From Acidobacteriota bacterium (GTDB lineage Bacteria; Acidobacteriota; Thermoanaerobaculia; Gp7-AA8), in contig JAFATB010000023.1 of NCBI GenBank assembly GCA_019244185.1, forward strand, positions 224,001 to 288,000: a DNA stretch of 64,000 nucleotides, written 5' to 3'. Both the position numbers and the translations under genes were made by a program. The notes beneath the pieces are model-generated. The model saw only the letters and a list, made by a program, of their open reading frames with translations, did no database searches and was not told the DNA's origin. Positions within the stretch are counted from its first letter, which is position 1. Each line of letters begins with the position of its first letter. Below are positions 19,715-28,793 of this stretch, in pieces.

Positions 19715-22534
19715 TTAGAACGCAACTCGCACGCCGAACTGGAAGCGGCGCTGCGAGCCGCCGACGATCGCCGTCGGCTGGCCGAGGTTCGGATTGCCTT
19801 CCGGACCGTTGAAGTCCTGGAAGAACGCATCGCGCTCGGCATTGGTGATGTTGAACGCTTCGGCGATCACGCCGATGCTCGCGCTGCCTCCGACGCGGAA
19901 GTCTTTCTCCGCGCGGAGATCGATGGTCGTCCATGGATCGGATTCGCCGGTTCTCGGCTGATAGCAGCCGGTGCAGAAGCCGCGCGAGAAGTCGTTGATC
20001 CTGAACTTGTCGCCGGAGCTGTACTGCAGGATGCCGCCGAGGCGCACGCCCCACGGAATGCCGACGGTGGCGTTCGCGACGACGCGGTGATCGGCGGTGC
20101 CCGGCGTGCCGTAGCGCGGCCAGTCGGCGACGGTCGGCAGGTCGAGGCTGAAGAGATCGCCGCCGATCTGCTCGGCGTCGGACCACGTGTACGCGACGTT
20201 GAAGCCGTAGTGCGAGGCGTCGGTGTACGGACGGTCGAGCGTCACATAGACGGCGTCGTACCACGTGCGCACGTCGTCGGACGAGATCAGCACGTTGCTG
20301 TAGTGCGGGTCGAACACCGGGCAGCAGAAGCCTTTGCCCCACAGGAACGTGAAGCCGTTGTAGCTGCGCACGTTCGCGTAGCTCGCCGAGGCGACCATGC
20401 TGCCGAACGACTGGCGCACGCCGAGGTTCCACTGATCGGAGTACGGCACCTTCGTGTCGTTCTCGATGAGGAAGACTTCGGGCAGGCCGGTGATGCCGGT
20501 GGCCTGCAGCTCGCGCAGACCTTCGACGGTGAGGTACTTCGGATCCCACTTCGCGGCCGGATGGCCGAGAACGGGCGAGCCGTCGGCGGAGAAGAAGAAC
20601 TCGCCGACGGAGTGCTGGAGGCGGAAGCGCTCGTCGAGCGTGTTGTTGAAGAGGTTGCGGTCGTAGTAACGGCCCGCGCCGCCGAAGATCACCGTGCGGC
20701 TGTTGCCGGCGATGTCGTACGAGAAGCCGAGACGCGGCTGGAACATGTCCTTCTTCGGCGAGCGGTCGTTGCCGTCGGTGAAGTAGTTCGACGGGAACTG
20801 GCTGCCGAGACGCTGCACGATCTCCGGCGGCGTCACGTAGTCGGTGTCGAGCATGTTCGTCTCGTAATCCCAGCGCAGGCCGAGATTGAGCACGAGCTTG
20901 TCGTTCACCGCCCAGTCATCCTGTCCGTAGAGGCCGTATTCCTCGTTGCTCGCGGAGAGATCGGGATTGCCGAAGCCGAAGCGCGCGCGATACGGATTGG
21001 CGATGCCGAGGTCTTCGCGGAAGAAGAAGTGCGGGTTCTCTTCGAAGAACTTGGTGACGGTGTAGTCGAGGAACTCCGCGTTCGCGCCGACTTTCAGCGT
21101 GTGCGTGCCGGCGGCGCGCAGCGTGGCCATGGTGACGTCGTCGCGCAGCGCGAAGCGCTTCTGGCCGATGCGCTGTTCGGTGTCGCGGCCGCCGACGCGC
21201 AGCAGGTTCTCGTATTCGAAGCTGACTTGATCGGGATTGAGCGGCTTCGGATTCCAGAGGTACTTCTGATACGCGGCGGATGCTTCGTTGAGCCACGAGC
21301 TGTGCGTCAGCTGATGGCGCAGCGTGGTGCTCCACGCGGTGTTCACTTTGTTCTCGGCGGTCTCGAAGCTCGTGCCCTGGCCGAAGCCGGAGACGTCCGT
21401 TTCGTGGCGATAGCTCGTGCTCCACTCCGCGACCTGCGAGCCGGTCGGCTGCCACGAGAGCTTGCCGAACGCGAGGTCGGAACGGAACGGCTGCACGAAC
21501 GTGCCGCCGTACTGCGACTGCAGCTGCGCGCGCAGCTGCGGATACGCCTGGAAGCCGCCGTTGAGGATGACCGTCGATTCGCGGTCCTGATCGTTCGCCT
21601 CATAGGAGCCGAAGAAGTGCAGCCGGTCGCGCACGATCGGGCCGCCGACGCTCACGCCGTACTGATTCCTCTTGTACTGCGGGTTATCCGCATGCGTCAG
21701 CGGATCCTCGGCCACCAGATTCTTGTTCTGATAGAAGAGGAACGCGTCGCCGGTGAGCTCGTTCGTGCCCGACTTCGTGATGGCGGTGATGATCGCGCTC
21801 GAGGCCTTCTCGTATTCGGCGCTGTAGTTCTGCGTGATGACGCGGAACTCCTGCACGGCGTTCTGCGGGAACGGATTGCCGCGGCTCGAGTCCTGGCCGA
21901 TGACGCCGCCCTGCGTGACGTCGTTCTTGAAGCTGACGCCGTCGATGAAGACGTTGACCGCGGACGAGGTCTGCGCGCCGGCGCGGACTTCCTTGCGCTG
22001 CTCGTCCGTGCCGAGGACGACTCCGGGCGCGAGCGCGGCGAAGTTGAGGAAGTTGCGGTCGTTCTGCGGCAGGTTCTCGATCTGGCGGCGCGTGACGTTC
22101 GTCGCGACTTCCGACGAATGCGTCTCAACCGGCGCGTCGCCGACGACGGTCACCGATTCCGTCACGACGGTGTCGGGACGCAGACGGAAGTCGAGGTCGA
22201 TGGTCTGGCCGACGAGCAGCGTGAGCTCGCGCGAGGTGGCGCGATACGCGGGCGCGACCACTTCGATCTTGTACGGCCCCGGCGTGAGGCCGTTGAGGAT
22301 GAACGCGCCGTCGCTCGCGGCGGTGGCGGTGTGGCGGAAGCCGGTCGCGCTCTCGACGGCGGTGACTTCCGCGGTCGGGAACGGGTTGCCGCTTTCGTCC
22401 ATCACCTTGCCGCGCAAGGTGGCGGTGGTGATTTGCGCGAAGGCGCCGCCGGCCGTGACGAGACACGCCAGCAACACCATGCAGATGAGAAACGTTCGAT
22501 GCCTGAACCTGAAGTCTCCGGGCTGCCCTCTCAT
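19715..22534 (-). CDS. TonB-dependent receptor (Oar type, carboxypeptidase-regulatory N-domain)
   Basis: Signal peptide; IENLPQNDRNF, VQEFRV, TKSGTN, NLGLRWDY, QPRLGFSYD; C-terminal F; strong RBS. Confidence 0.93.
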   Translation of the reverse strand: MRGQPGDFRFRHRTFLICMVLLACLVTAGGAFAQITTATLRGKVMDESGNPFPTAEVTAVESATGFRHTATAASDGAFILNGLTPGPYKIEVVAPAYRATSRELTLLVGQTIDLDFRLRPDTVVTESVTVVGDAPVETHSSEVATNVTRRQIENLPQNDRNFLNFAALAPGVVLGTDEQRKEVRAGAQTSSAVNVFIDGVSFKNDVTQGGVIGQDSSRGNPFPQNAVQEFRVITQNYSAEYEKASSAIITAITKSGTNELTGDAFLFYQNKNLVAEDPLTHADNPQYKRNQYGVSVGGPIVRDRLHFFGSYEANDQDRESTVILNGGFQAYPQLRAQLQSQYGGTFVQPFRSDLAFGKLSWQPTGSQVAEWSTSYRHETDVSGFGQGTSFETAENKVNTAWSTTLRHQLTHSSWLNEASAAYQKYLWNPKPLNPDQVSFEYENLLRVGGRDTEQRIGQKRFALRDDVTMATLRAAGTHTLKVGANAEFLDYTVTKFFEENPHFFFREDLGIANPYRARFGFGNPDLSASNEEYGLYGQDDWAVNDKLVLNLGLRWDYETNMLDTDYVTPPEIVQRLGSQFPSNYFTDGNDRSPKKDMFQPRLGFSYDIAGNSRTVIFGGAGRYYDRNLFNNTLDERFRLQHSVGEFFFSADGSPVLGHPAAKWDPKYLTVEGLRELQATGITGLPEVFLIENDTKVPYSDQWNLGVRQSFGSMVASASYANVRSYNGFTFLWGKGFCCPVFDPHYSNVLISSDDVRTWYDAVYVTLDRPYTDASHYGFNVAYTWSDAEQIGGDLFSLDLPTVADWPRYGTPGTADHRVVANATVGIPWGVRLGGILQYSSGDKFRINDFSRGFCTGCYQPRTGESDPWTTIDLRAEKDFRVGGSASIGVIAEAFNITNAERDAFFQDFNGPEGNPNLGQPTAIVGGSQRRFQFGVRVAF

Positions 22535-22561
22535 GGATCTCTCCTCCTTGGCTGCTATCCG

Positions 22562-23650
22562 TTAGCTGCTGATTCGTTTGCGTGAAGGTTTGCGCCGCGC
22601 CGCCGCCGCGCGCTGGACCGGCGCGCTGCACGACTCGCGGACGACGAGACTGGCGGGGACGATGTTGTGTTTCGGCGCTTCGCCGCGGCCGTCGAGAAGC
22701 GCGAGCAGCGACTCGACGGAACGGCGGCCCATCTCCGCGATGTCGACGCGGACGGTGGTGAGCTGCGGCGTGAGATAGCGCGCCATCGGGATGTCGTCGA
22801 AGCCGGCCAGCGAGACGTCGGCCGGAATGGCGATGCCGCGCTCGCGCAACGCGCGCAACGCGCCGACGGCCATCGAGTCGTTCGCGGCGAAGATCGCGGT
22901 CGGCCGCGGCTTCATCGACAGGATCTCCGCGACGGCGCGGTAGCCCGAATCGTCGGTGAAGTCGCCGGCGCATTCGAGGCGCGGGCGCTTCTCGGCGTCG
23001 ACCGCGGCGCGATAGCCGCGGCGCCGTTCGGCGGCGTCGGTGTTGTGCTCGGGACCGTTGATGAAGGCGACGGCGCGGTGGCCGAGCGCGAGGAGGTAAT
23101 CGGTCATCGCGCGCGCGCCGGCGGCGTTGTCGATGCGGATCGTGGCGCGCGAGCCGGCCGCGGAGTTGAGCAGCACGACCGGCAGATCGGCCGCAATCTC
23201 GCGCGAGAGCGGGCCGAGCTCCACGTTCGGGAACATGACGATCAGGCCGTCGACGCGGCCGCGCAGCGTGCGCAGCACCGCCGACATCTCCTGCACGTCG
23301 CTGTGCGAGCTGGAGACGAGGATGTGGTAGCCGCGGGCGCGGGCCGCGACGTCGATGCCGCGGATGAACTCGGAGAAGAACTGGCCGTGCACGTCGGGGA
23401 GCAGCACGCCGAGCGTGTCGCTGCGGCGGATGCTGAGGCTGCGCGCGGCGGCGTGCGGCACGTAGCGGAGCGCGCGCGCGGCGGCGAAGACGCGTTTGGA
23501 GGTGTCGTCCTGCACGGGGCCGATGCCGTTCAACGTGCGGGACACGGTGGCCACGGAGACCCCGGCCCGCGCGGCGACGTCGCGGATCGTGGCGACGCGC
23601 GACGCGCGTGCGGAAACGCGCTCGGAGCTTGCACCGCGTGTTGTGGACAT
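22562..23650 (-). CDS. LacI-family transcriptional regulator
   Basis: TIRDVAARAGVSVATVSR HTH; FAANDSMA, GFDD, LTTV. Confidence 0.95.
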   Translation of the reverse strand: MSTTRGASSERVSARASRVATIRDVAARAGVSVATVSRTLNGIGPVQDDTSKRVFAAARALRYVPHAAARSLSIRRSDTLGVLLPDVHGQFFSEFIRGIDVAARARGYHILVSSSHSDVQEMSAVLRTLRGRVDGLIVMFPNVELGPLSREIAADLPVVLLNSAAGSRATIRIDNAAGARAMTDYLLALGHRAVAFINGPEHNTDAAERRRGYRAAVDAEKRPRLECAGDFTDDSGYRAVAEILSMKPRPTAIFAANDSMAVGALRALRERGIAIPADVSLAGFDDIPMARYLTPQLTTVRVDIAEMGRRSVESLLALLDGRGEAPKHNIVPASLVVRESCSAPVQRAAAARRKPSRKRISS

Positions 23651-23654
23651 TCTG

Positions 23655-23670
23655 ATGTAACCGTTTACAT
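23655..23670. promoter_or_regulatory. LacI-type operator ATGTAACCGTTTACAT
   Basis: Near-palindrome with central CG between divergent lacI and GH1; an identical 15-mer recurs at 27979-27993. Confidence 0.75.
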
Positions 23671-23725
23671 GAACGGCGTTACACTAGCGCCGCCGCCGCC
23701 CGAAGTCAATTCGCGGTGTGCAGAC

Positions 23726-23737
23726 GGAAACGTTTCA
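23726..23737. promoter_or_regulatory. Possible second LacI-type operator GGAAACGTTTCA
   Basis: GAAACGTTTC palindrome immediately upstream of the GH1 start. Confidence 0.45.
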
Positions 23738-23741
23738 GCGA

Positions 23742-25094
23742 ATGAACCGAGCAAACGACGAGGACCTTTTTCCCGAAAGCTTTCTCTGGGGAGCGTCGAC
23801 TTCCGCGTATCAGGTCGAAGGCTCTCCGCTCGCCGACGGCGCGGGCCCGAGCATCTGGCACCGCTTCGTGCGCACGCCCGGCCGCGTCTTCGGCGGACAG
23901 ACCGGCGACGTCGCGTGCGATCACTACAACCGCTACCGCGAAGACGTCGCGCTGATGAAAGAGCTCGGCCTCACGACGTACCGCTTCAGCATCTCGTGGA
24001 GCCGCGTGCTGCCGGAGGGCACCGGTCGCGTGAACGAGCGCGGCCTCGACTTCTACCGGCGACTCGTCGATGAGCTCCTCGCCGCCGGCATCGCGCCGAA
24101 CGCGACGCTCTATCACTGGGATCTCCCCGCGGCGCTCGACGACCGCGGCGGCTGGCTCAATCGCGACGTCGCGGACTGGTTCGCCGAATACGGCGAGGTC
24201 GTGTTCCGCGCGCTCGACGACCGCGTGACGATGTGGGCCACGCTCAACGAGCCGTGGGTCGTGACCGACGGCGGCTACCTGCACGGTCCGCTCGCGCCGG
24301 GTCACAAGAATCTGTGGGAAGCGCCGCGCGCGACGCACAACCTGCTGCGCGCGCACGCGCGCGCCGTCGCCGCGTACCGCGCGGCCGGCCGCAATCGCAT
24401 CGGCCTCGTCGTGAATCTCGAGCCAAAGTACGCGGCCTCCGATTCGCCCGAAGACGCCGCAGCCGTCGCGCGCGCCGACGCGTACATGAATCGCCAGTAT
24501 CTCGATCCGGTGTTCTTCGGAACGTACCCGCAGGAGCTCATCGACGGCTTCGGCGAAGCGTGGCCCGAGTTCCCCGCCTCCGACCTCGATGAGATCAAAG
24601 CCCCCATCGACTTCCTCGGCATCAACTACTACAAGCGCGGCATCACGCGCGCCGACGACTCGGTGATCGTCGAACGCGCGACACGCCTCGACAACGACCG
24701 CGCGACCGTCACGGAAACGGGATGGGAAGTCTTCCCCGAGGGGCTCACGAACATCCTCACGTGGACGCGCGATCGCTACGGCGACGTCCCGATCTACATC
24801 ACCGAAAACGGCGCGGCGTTCTACGACCCGCCGGTCGCGTTCAACGGCCGCGTCGAGGATCCGCTGCGCGTCGACTATCTGCGCGAGCATCTGCGCGCCG
24901 TGCGCGCGGCGATGCAGCAGGGCGTCGACGTGCGCGGCTATTACGTCTGGTCGCTCCTCGACAACTTCGAGTGGGCCCTCGGGTACGCGAAGCGCTTCGG
25001 GATCATTCACGTCGACTACGGCACACTGCAGCGCACGCCGAAGTCGAGCGCGCGCTACTACGCCGAGGTCATCAAGGCGCGGAAGGTGTTGTAG
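23742..25094 (+). CDS. GH1 beta-glucosidase
   Basis: FLWGASTSAYQVEG, TLYHWDLP, TLNEP (acid/base), YITENG (nucleophile), DNFEW. Confidence 0.95.
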   Translation: MNRANDEDLFPESFLWGASTSAYQVEGSPLADGAGPSIWHRFVRTPGRVFGGQTGDVACDHYNRYREDVALMKELGLTTYRFSISWSRVLPEGTGRVNERGLDFYRRLVDELLAAGIAPNATLYHWDLPAALDDRGGWLNRDVADWFAEYGEVVFRALDDRVTMWATLNEPWVVTDGGYLHGPLAPGHKNLWEAPRATHNLLRAHARAVAAYRAAGRNRIGLVVNLEPKYAASDSPEDAAAVARADAYMNRQYLDPVFFGTYPQELIDGFGEAWPEFPASDLDEIKAPIDFLGINYYKRGITRADDSVIVERATRLDNDRATVTETGWEVFPEGLTNILTWTRDRYGDVPIYITENGAAFYDPPVAFNGRVEDPLRVDYLREHLRAVRAAMQQGVDVRGYYVWSLLDNFEWALGYAKRFGIIHVDYGTLQRTPKSSARYYAEVIKARKVL

Positions 25095-27969
25095 CGCTGC
25101 TGCGCAGCACGAAGCCGCGCGGTGGCTTCGCATCGCCAGTGACTGCTGCGACGCCGTCGCGGATCGTGACGTTGACCGTGCCGTACGGCGTCTGAATGCC
25201 GCGCACGATCGCGCCGCGGCCGCGCGTCCACGCGAGCGGCACGCCGGCGTTGATGACGAGCGCGCCGTCGTCTTCGTAGACGAAAAGATCGAGGATCGAT
25301 CGGATGAAGTCCGAGCCGACCCACGTATGCGGCATGTCGCCGATGAAGCTCGGATGCCGCGCGTCGCGATACACGACTTCCGACCACTGGTTCCACGCCG
25401 CCGGACGCGTGTGCTGCATGAAGAACGCGATCATCTCGTGCGCGCGCTCGCGCCAGCCGAGGCGCACGAACGAGCCGACCGTGCGCCATTCGTACGGCGT
25501 GTAGCCTTCCCACTGATTCGTCGCGATGCGCTGCATCGACTCGCGGTAGTAACGCTCGAACGTCGCATTGAGCGCGTCCGCGTTCAGGTGCGTGCGCTCG
25601 TTGGCGGGATAGAGGGCGATGGTGGTGGAAGTCGCGTCGAAGTCGCCGAGCTCGACGCAGCCGGGGATGTAGTCGATGTGATGCATCGCGCGCGCGGCTT
25701 CGATCGACGCATGCAGATCGCGATGGAACTCCTCGGCGCGCCGCGCGTAGTCGGTCGACTTGCCGAGCGCGCTCGCGAGGAACGCGGCGTCGTCGAGTCC
25801 GCGCGCGATGAAGAAGTCGTCCCAGTACGAATGCATCGGCTTCGCGGAGTAGCCCTCGTGGCTGATCGACTCGGGGACAAGCCCGTAGTACGCGCGCTTC
25901 TCCGGCGTCTGGTACTCCGCGGTCTTGCGCTGCGCGGTGAGCGACTCGATGTACGCGACGTCGTTTTCGACGTGCGGCCAGAGCTGTTCGACGAGCGCGC
26001 GGTCGTGCGTGTAGCGAAGGTATTCGGCGAGGAGGAAGAGCAGCTCGCCGTGGCTGTCGTTTTCGGGAACGGGATCGGCGCCGCGCGCGTCGACGCAGCA
26101 CGGGACTTTGCCGTTCGGAAATTGGAACGGCGTGTACCACGCGACGAACGGCCGCACGAAGTCGGAGTAGCCGAGGCGCAGGAGCGCGTCGGAGGTGAGC
26201 GAGCCGTCGCGGATCCAGCTGCGATCGTACGAGCGCGAGCCGGGCTGAATTGCGGGGCCGTCCTGATTGATGAGGATCCACGCGACGTTGCTCTTCACCG
26301 CGCGCGCGACGGCCGCGCCTTCGTCGCCGTCGAGCTCCAGTGTGAAGCGGCCGAGGCGTTCGGTCCATTCGTGCGTCGCATCGGCGAGCAGCGCTTCGGC
26401 AAGTGCGGGCGTCGGACGATCGTCGGTTTCGCCGGAGGCGATGTAGACGTCGCGCGTGCCGTTCGCGGGAAGTGCGAGGTCGTAACGCAGCGCACCGGAG
26501 GCGGCGCCGAAGTCGTCGTGCACGCGCTGCGCGGCGGGCAGCTCGTTGCGCGCGAGCCATTCGGTGATGTCGCCGGAAGCGAACGCCGCCGCACCGAATC
26601 CATTCGCGGGCGTCGCCGTCGCGACGCGCACGTCTTGCGCGCGCACGACGCCGTTGGCGCACGCGAGCTCGTTCACGGTCGCGACGCCGCCCGGCACGTT
26701 GAGGAACTGGAAGGCGGAGTTGACCTGGAACGGACGCACGGCGAGAAAGAGCGTCGCCTTGCGCGTGGTGCTGGCCGCGTTCGTGATGCGGTAGCGCGCG
26801 AAGATCTGCTTCGCCTGCGCGTACGCGGTGATCGTCAGCGTCAGGTCGCGCGCGCGCCAGGTGACGCTCGGGATCGGCAGGATGTCGTTGGCGAGCGACT
26901 GCGTTTTCTCCGCGTCGTCCCACGTCACGAGCTGGCCGTCGACGAAAAGGAACGGCTCGACGGATGCGGACGCGCGGTCGAGCTCGATCGCGCCGTCTTC
27001 GTTGAGGAGCGCCTCGCGCTCGTCGTTCACCGCGCCGACGACGGACCAATATGACTCCTCGTTGTGGAAGTAGCGGGGATAGAGACCGCGGCGCGTGTCG
27101 CCGGCGAGGTGCGTGAAGAACGCGTTGCGCGACGACGAGAACGACAGCGGCTGGAAGGTGAGGCCGCGCAGCGCGAACGGTTTCGGCCCGCGCAGCATGT
27201 GGATGCGCAGGTAGCGCGCGTCGGAGTCGGGGAGGAAGAGCGGATCGCGGCCGCCGTTGCTGCCGCGCACCTTTGCGATCGTGTCCCACTGCTTGCCGTC
27301 GTCCGAGGTCTCGACGTCGTAGTCGGTCGCGTGCGATTGCCAGTCGAGCGTGAGGCCGCCGAATTCGAACGGCCGGCCGAAGTCGGCGGTGTACGTCGCG
27401 TCGCGATTCGTCTTCGCGCGCCAGGCGCCGCGCGGCGGTGGCGGGGCCTCGGGACGCGCGGCGCGCGGACTGAAGGTGAGGTCGTCGATCCAGACGCTCC
27501 CTTTGCCGCCGCTGCTGGCCGTGATCACGAGCTCGAGCGCGGACGTCTGCGTGAGCGGCGCGCCGTTCGACGGACCCCAGGCGAACTCGAGATGGCGTTT
27601 GAGCACGCGCTGCGTTTGCCACTCGCGCGGAAACGTGAGGTTGCGGCGGTTCACCCACCAGACGCTCTCGCCGCTCGGATCGAGCAGCTTGAACTCGAGC
27701 GTGTTCGGCGGCGTCTCGCCGCGCAGCCGGTACGTGAACTGGTAGTCGGACGGCAGCGTGAGCTTCAGCGGCTTGCGCGCGATCGCGTAGCCGGCGCCGC
27801 CGTGGAAGTCGAAGTCGAGGCGCATGGCGCCGTGGTCTTCAACGATGTGCAGCTCGACGCCGTCGGACGCCGCGGCGATCCAGCCGCGGACGTCGTGAAA
27901 GTCGTCGAGCACGGCCGCGTGCAACGGCGCGGCGAGCAGCAGCACGAGGACGAGGGCGGCGCGGCGCAT
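25072..27969 (-). CDS. Secreted discoidin/F5-8 (CBM-like) protein with a C-terminal (alpha/alpha)6 glycoside-hydrolase-like domain
   Basis: Signal peptide; SDDGKQW...ARYLRI discoidin motif; WIRDG, ENDSHG, SISHEGY, HSYWDDF, WNQWSE, GDMPHTW. Confidence 0.75.
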   Translation of the reverse strand: MRRAALVLVLLLAAPLHAAVLDDFHDVRGWIAAASDGVELHIVEDHGAMRLDFDFHGGAGYAIARKPLKLTLPSDYQFTYRLRGETPPNTLEFKLLDPSGESVWWVNRRNLTFPREWQTQRVLKRHLEFAWGPSNGAPLTQTSALELVITASSGGKGSVWIDDLTFSPRAARPEAPPPPRGAWRAKTNRDATYTADFGRPFEFGGLTLDWQSHATDYDVETSDDGKQWDTIAKVRGSNGGRDPLFLPDSDARYLRIHMLRGPKPFALRGLTFQPLSFSSSRNAFFTHLAGDTRRGLYPRYFHNEESYWSVVGAVNDEREALLNEDGAIELDRASASVEPFLFVDGQLVTWDDAEKTQSLANDILPIPSVTWRARDLTLTITAYAQAKQIFARYRITNAASTTRKATLFLAVRPFQVNSAFQFLNVPGGVATVNELACANGVVRAQDVRVATATPANGFGAAAFASGDITEWLARNELPAAQRVHDDFGAASGALRYDLALPANGTRDVYIASGETDDRPTPALAEALLADATHEWTERLGRFTLELDGDEGAAVARAVKSNVAWILINQDGPAIQPGSRSYDRSWIRDGSLTSDALLRLGYSDFVRPFVAWYTPFQFPNGKVPCCVDARGADPVPENDSHGELLFLLAEYLRYTHDRALVEQLWPHVENDVAYIESLTAQRKTAEYQTPEKRAYYGLVPESISHEGYSAKPMHSYWDDFFIARGLDDAAFLASALGKSTDYARRAEEFHRDLHASIEAARAMHHIDYIPGCVELGDFDATSTTIALYPANERTHLNADALNATFERYYRESMQRIATNQWEGYTPYEWRTVGSFVRLGWRERAHEMIAFFMQHTRPAAWNQWSEVVYRDARHPSFIGDMPHTWVGSDFIRSILDLFVYEDDGALVINAGVPLAWTRGRGAIVRGIQTPYGTVNVTIRDGVAAVTGDAKPPRGFVLRSSATTPSAP

Positions 27970-27978
27970 GTCCGCGAT

Positions 27979-27993
27979 TGTAACCGTTTACAT
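27979..27993. promoter_or_regulatory. LacI operator TGTAACCGTTTACAT overlapping the -10 (TACAAT) of the discoidin/GH gene
   Basis: Identical to 23656-23670; overlaps TACAAT (27977-27982, minus strand), which lies 7 nt before the ATG. Confidence 0.75.
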
Positions 27994-28004
27994 GGAGCCG
28001 ACGA

Positions 28005-28143
28005 GGAGCGCCTCCGGCGGGCCGGCGCGGCCGGCTGCGCTAAGGGCCTAGCCAGTCCGCACGTGCGGCTGCAATCAGCCGGACGTGCGGCCAGGCTAGG
28101 CCCTTAAGCGCAGCCGGCCGCGCCGGCCCGCCGGAGGCGCTCC
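28005..28143. repeat. Long near-perfect inverted repeat (139-nt hairpin; REP/MITE-like)
   Basis: Arms 28005-28053 and 28094-28143 pair with a single bulge; inner arms 28057-28071 and 28076-28090 have one mismatch; 4-nt loop CAAT. Confidence 0.9.
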
Positions 28144-28146
28144 CGG

Positions 28147-28575
28147 TCATCCCCATGTAAACGGATCCGCGGCATGCGCGAGCTCCGCGGCGGGCGCCGC
28201 GTTCTCGCTGAAGATCAGCGGGCAGACGAGGCACGCCCGCGTTCCCTCCTGCGTGAACCAGCGGCAGTCGGCGCGGATGCGGCACGGCGGCACGGCGCTG
28301 ACGCGGTCGAGGTCGGAGGCGACGAGCTTCTGCGCGAGGCGGCAGTTCGCGCCGTCGAAATGCGCGCACGCGTCGGTCGCGCACGCGGCGGCGAAGCGGA
28401 ACACTTCTCCCGGCGGCGCCTCGCCCGCGAGCGCGAGCAGTTCCGCGGTCACGGGCAGAGGTTCCGCGAGATGCTGCACGAACGCGCGGCCGTCGATCTC
28501 ACGGCTCACGCCGAAGACGACGCTCCCCGGCATCTCCGGCCGCGCGCTCGGGCACTGCAGAGCATCAGCCGGCAT
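28147..28575 (-). CDS. Cysteine-rich hypothetical protein (8 Cys, probable metal binding)
   Basis: CPSA...FRFAAACxxxxCxHFxxxxC...PCxIRxxCRWFxQEGxxACxxCP; start overlaps the upstream peptide gene. Confidence 0.75.
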   Translation of the reverse strand: MPADALQCPSARPEMPGSVVFGVSREIDGRAFVQHLAEPLPVTAELLALAGEAPPGEVFRFAAACATDACAHFDGANCRLAQKLVASDLDRVSAVPPCRIRADCRWFTQEGTRACLVCPLIFSENAAPAAELAHAADPFTWG

Positions 28576-28750
28576 TCGGCTTTCCGATCGTTTCGATCGT
28601 GTGCGGATCGCGGATGATGATGCCGACCCAGATCGGGAACGGCTTGAGATCCGGATCGCGCCTCGTCGCGCGCATGGCCGCCGACGTCGCCGCCTCGATG
28701 AAGTCCTCGAACGACAGCGGACTTCGCGGAGTTTCCTTCACATTGCTCAT
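28565..28750 (-). CDS. 61-aa hypothetical peptide
   Basis: MSNVKETPRSPLSFEDFIEAATSAAMRATRRDPDLKPFPIWVGIIIRDPHTIETIGKPNAG; strong GAGGAGG RBS; host-like codon usage. Confidence 0.7.
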   Translation of the reverse strand: MSNVKETPRSPLSFEDFIEAATSAAMRATRRDPDLKPFPIWVGIIIRDPHTIETIGKPNAG

Positions 28751-28793
28751 GAGAGCCTCCTCATGAGCGGTAGTGCGGCGAGCGCGAAAAACG

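Noticed and set aside
20087-22585. Long antisense or alternate-frame ORFs (also 32271-34994, 29620-32052, 25058-27658, 8256-10115, 43566-45599)
   Set aside because: Shadows of real genes, expected from stop-codon scarcity at high GC; Arg/Ala-rich with no recognisable motifs.
28005-28143. CRISPR array or IS element
   Set aside because: Single inverted repeat, with no repeat-spacer periodicity, cas gene, transposase or clear target-site duplication.
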